Of a stretch of DNA of 64,000 bases, positions 63,552 through 64,000 are shown piece by piece (the first letter of the stretch is position 1; each line of letters starts with the position of its first letter). Made by a program: the position numbers and the translations under genes. This DNA comes from Patescibacteria group bacterium. GTDB taxonomy: Bacteria; Acidobacteriota; Terriglobia; Acidiferrales; UBA7541. The notes beneath the pieces were generated by a model. That model did no database searches and was not told the origin of the DNA. It was given only the letters and a program-made list of their open reading frames with translations. The stretch spans positions 4,171 through 68,170 of the forward strand of contig DATKNR010000030.1 of the NCBI GenBank assembly GCA_035541255.1. Direction: 5' to 3'.

Positions 63552-64000
63552 CTAACGCGTCGCCAGCTCGCCGAGCGCTTCCAGCAGCCGGTCTACCTCT
63601 TCCGCCGTGTTGTAATGCACCAGTCCGATGCGCAGCAGGCCCCCGTCGCCTTCCACTCCCAGCCGCTCCGTCAGATTCACTGCGTAGTAGTTCCCGTCCC
63701 ATGTGAAGATTCCGCGATCGCCGAGATACGAAGCGATTTTCGGCGGCTTCGCCCGGTCCATGCGGATGCCCACCGTCGGTACCCGCCAGTCGAACCGGGC
63801 CGGATCCCGGATACCGTAGAACGTCAGCCCGGGGATTTCCACGAGGCCAGCAATCAGTTTCCGCATCAGCGCGCTCTCGTACTCACGGATCACGCGATAC
63901 GCCGCCAGAATCGCTTCCCGCCGGGCCGCTCCCGGCCCATCCGCAAGGTTCGGCAACGCGTGGCGCCCCACTCCCGCGATGTAGTTCACCGCCGCGGCTA
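63552..64000 (-). CDS. class V aminotransferase / cysteine desulfurase-like protein, C-terminal part (truncated by window edge)
   Basis: C-terminal small-domain pattern (RIGLVHYNTAEEVDRLLEAL). The reading frame stays open to the window end, so the track start at 63989 is only the first in-window start codon. Confidence 0.8.
   Translation of the reverse strand, partial: AAAVNYIAGVGRHALPNLADGPGAARREAILAAYRVIREYESALMRKLIAGLVEIPGLTFYGIRDPARFDWRVPTVGIRMDRAKPPKIASYLGDRGIFTWDGNYYAVNLTERLGVEGDGGLLRIGLVHYNTAEEVDRLLEALGELATR

Noticed and set aside
63950-64000. Apparent frameshift in the last gene (the printed ...caacgcg|gtggcg... gives a stop in the ORF-track frame).
   Set aside because: The printed sequence has 41 characters on the last line, 64001 in total, and the ORF-track protein reads through as if one g at 63960/63961 were absent. 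I treat this as a formatting discrepancy, not as biology.

Overview
This is a high-GC, densely coding chromosomal segment. The protein repertoire looks Acidobacteriota-like, but that is inference only. All family calls rest on motifs I recognise by eye, since no searches were possible. Several start codons were moved from the ORF-track values using SD sites, 4-nt overlaps and family N-termini.

Ordinary content:
- Secreted hydrolases and peptidases: dienelactone hydrolase, CocE/NonD, S9 peptidase, amidohydrolase, alpha/beta hydrolase.
- msrA and msrB.
- An NtrB/NtrC-type two-component pair.
- A 1055-aa BNR/Asp-box protein and a FecR-like protein.
- tRNA-Val(GAC) and a CAU-anticodon tRNA.
- ackA.
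- A nine-gene translationally coupled arginine operon: argR-C-B-D-F-G-H-(short GNAT/NAGS)-J.
- An acyl-CoA synthetase, ppa and a cytochrome c-PQQ dehydrogenase.
- pntAA/AB/B, a STAS protein, a threonine dehydratase-like gene, an SDR, a pirin and aceE.

The stand-out locus spans about 33.8-42.9 kb.
- It starts with a three-gene plus-strand operon: a 3xGAF-TM-HlyD protein, a lipoprotein HlyD adaptor, and a PqqD-like/M50 intramembrane metalloprotease/HlyD fusion. No pump or outer-membrane partner is visible in the window.
- Convergent to it are three self-contained cassettes (sigma-54-type promoter, GGAGG SD, mini-ORF, terminator). They encode paralogous 22-28 aa lysine-rich 'MAKK...' peptides that are too short for the ORF track.
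- A fourth sigma-54-type promoter plus terminator has no such ORF.
- A sigma-54 enhancer-binding protein lies alongside, with a degenerate (non-phosphorylatable) receiver domain.
- A GGGGGAAT-N-ATTCCCCC-type palindrome occurs four times in the locus. Two copies sit at near-identical spacing (about 121-123 bp) upstream of peptide promoters.
- I propose this as a candidate undescribed sigma-54-controlled small-peptide processing/export or signalling system.

A second point of interest is a 3.7-kb islet bounded by a 49-nt direct repeat of the 3' half of the CAU tRNA. It carries an MBL hydrolase and a Ser/Thr kinase-TPR gene but no integrase.

Caveat: the printed sequence has 64001 characters, with one extra base near 63960 relative to the ORF track. 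This affects only the last 40 nt.
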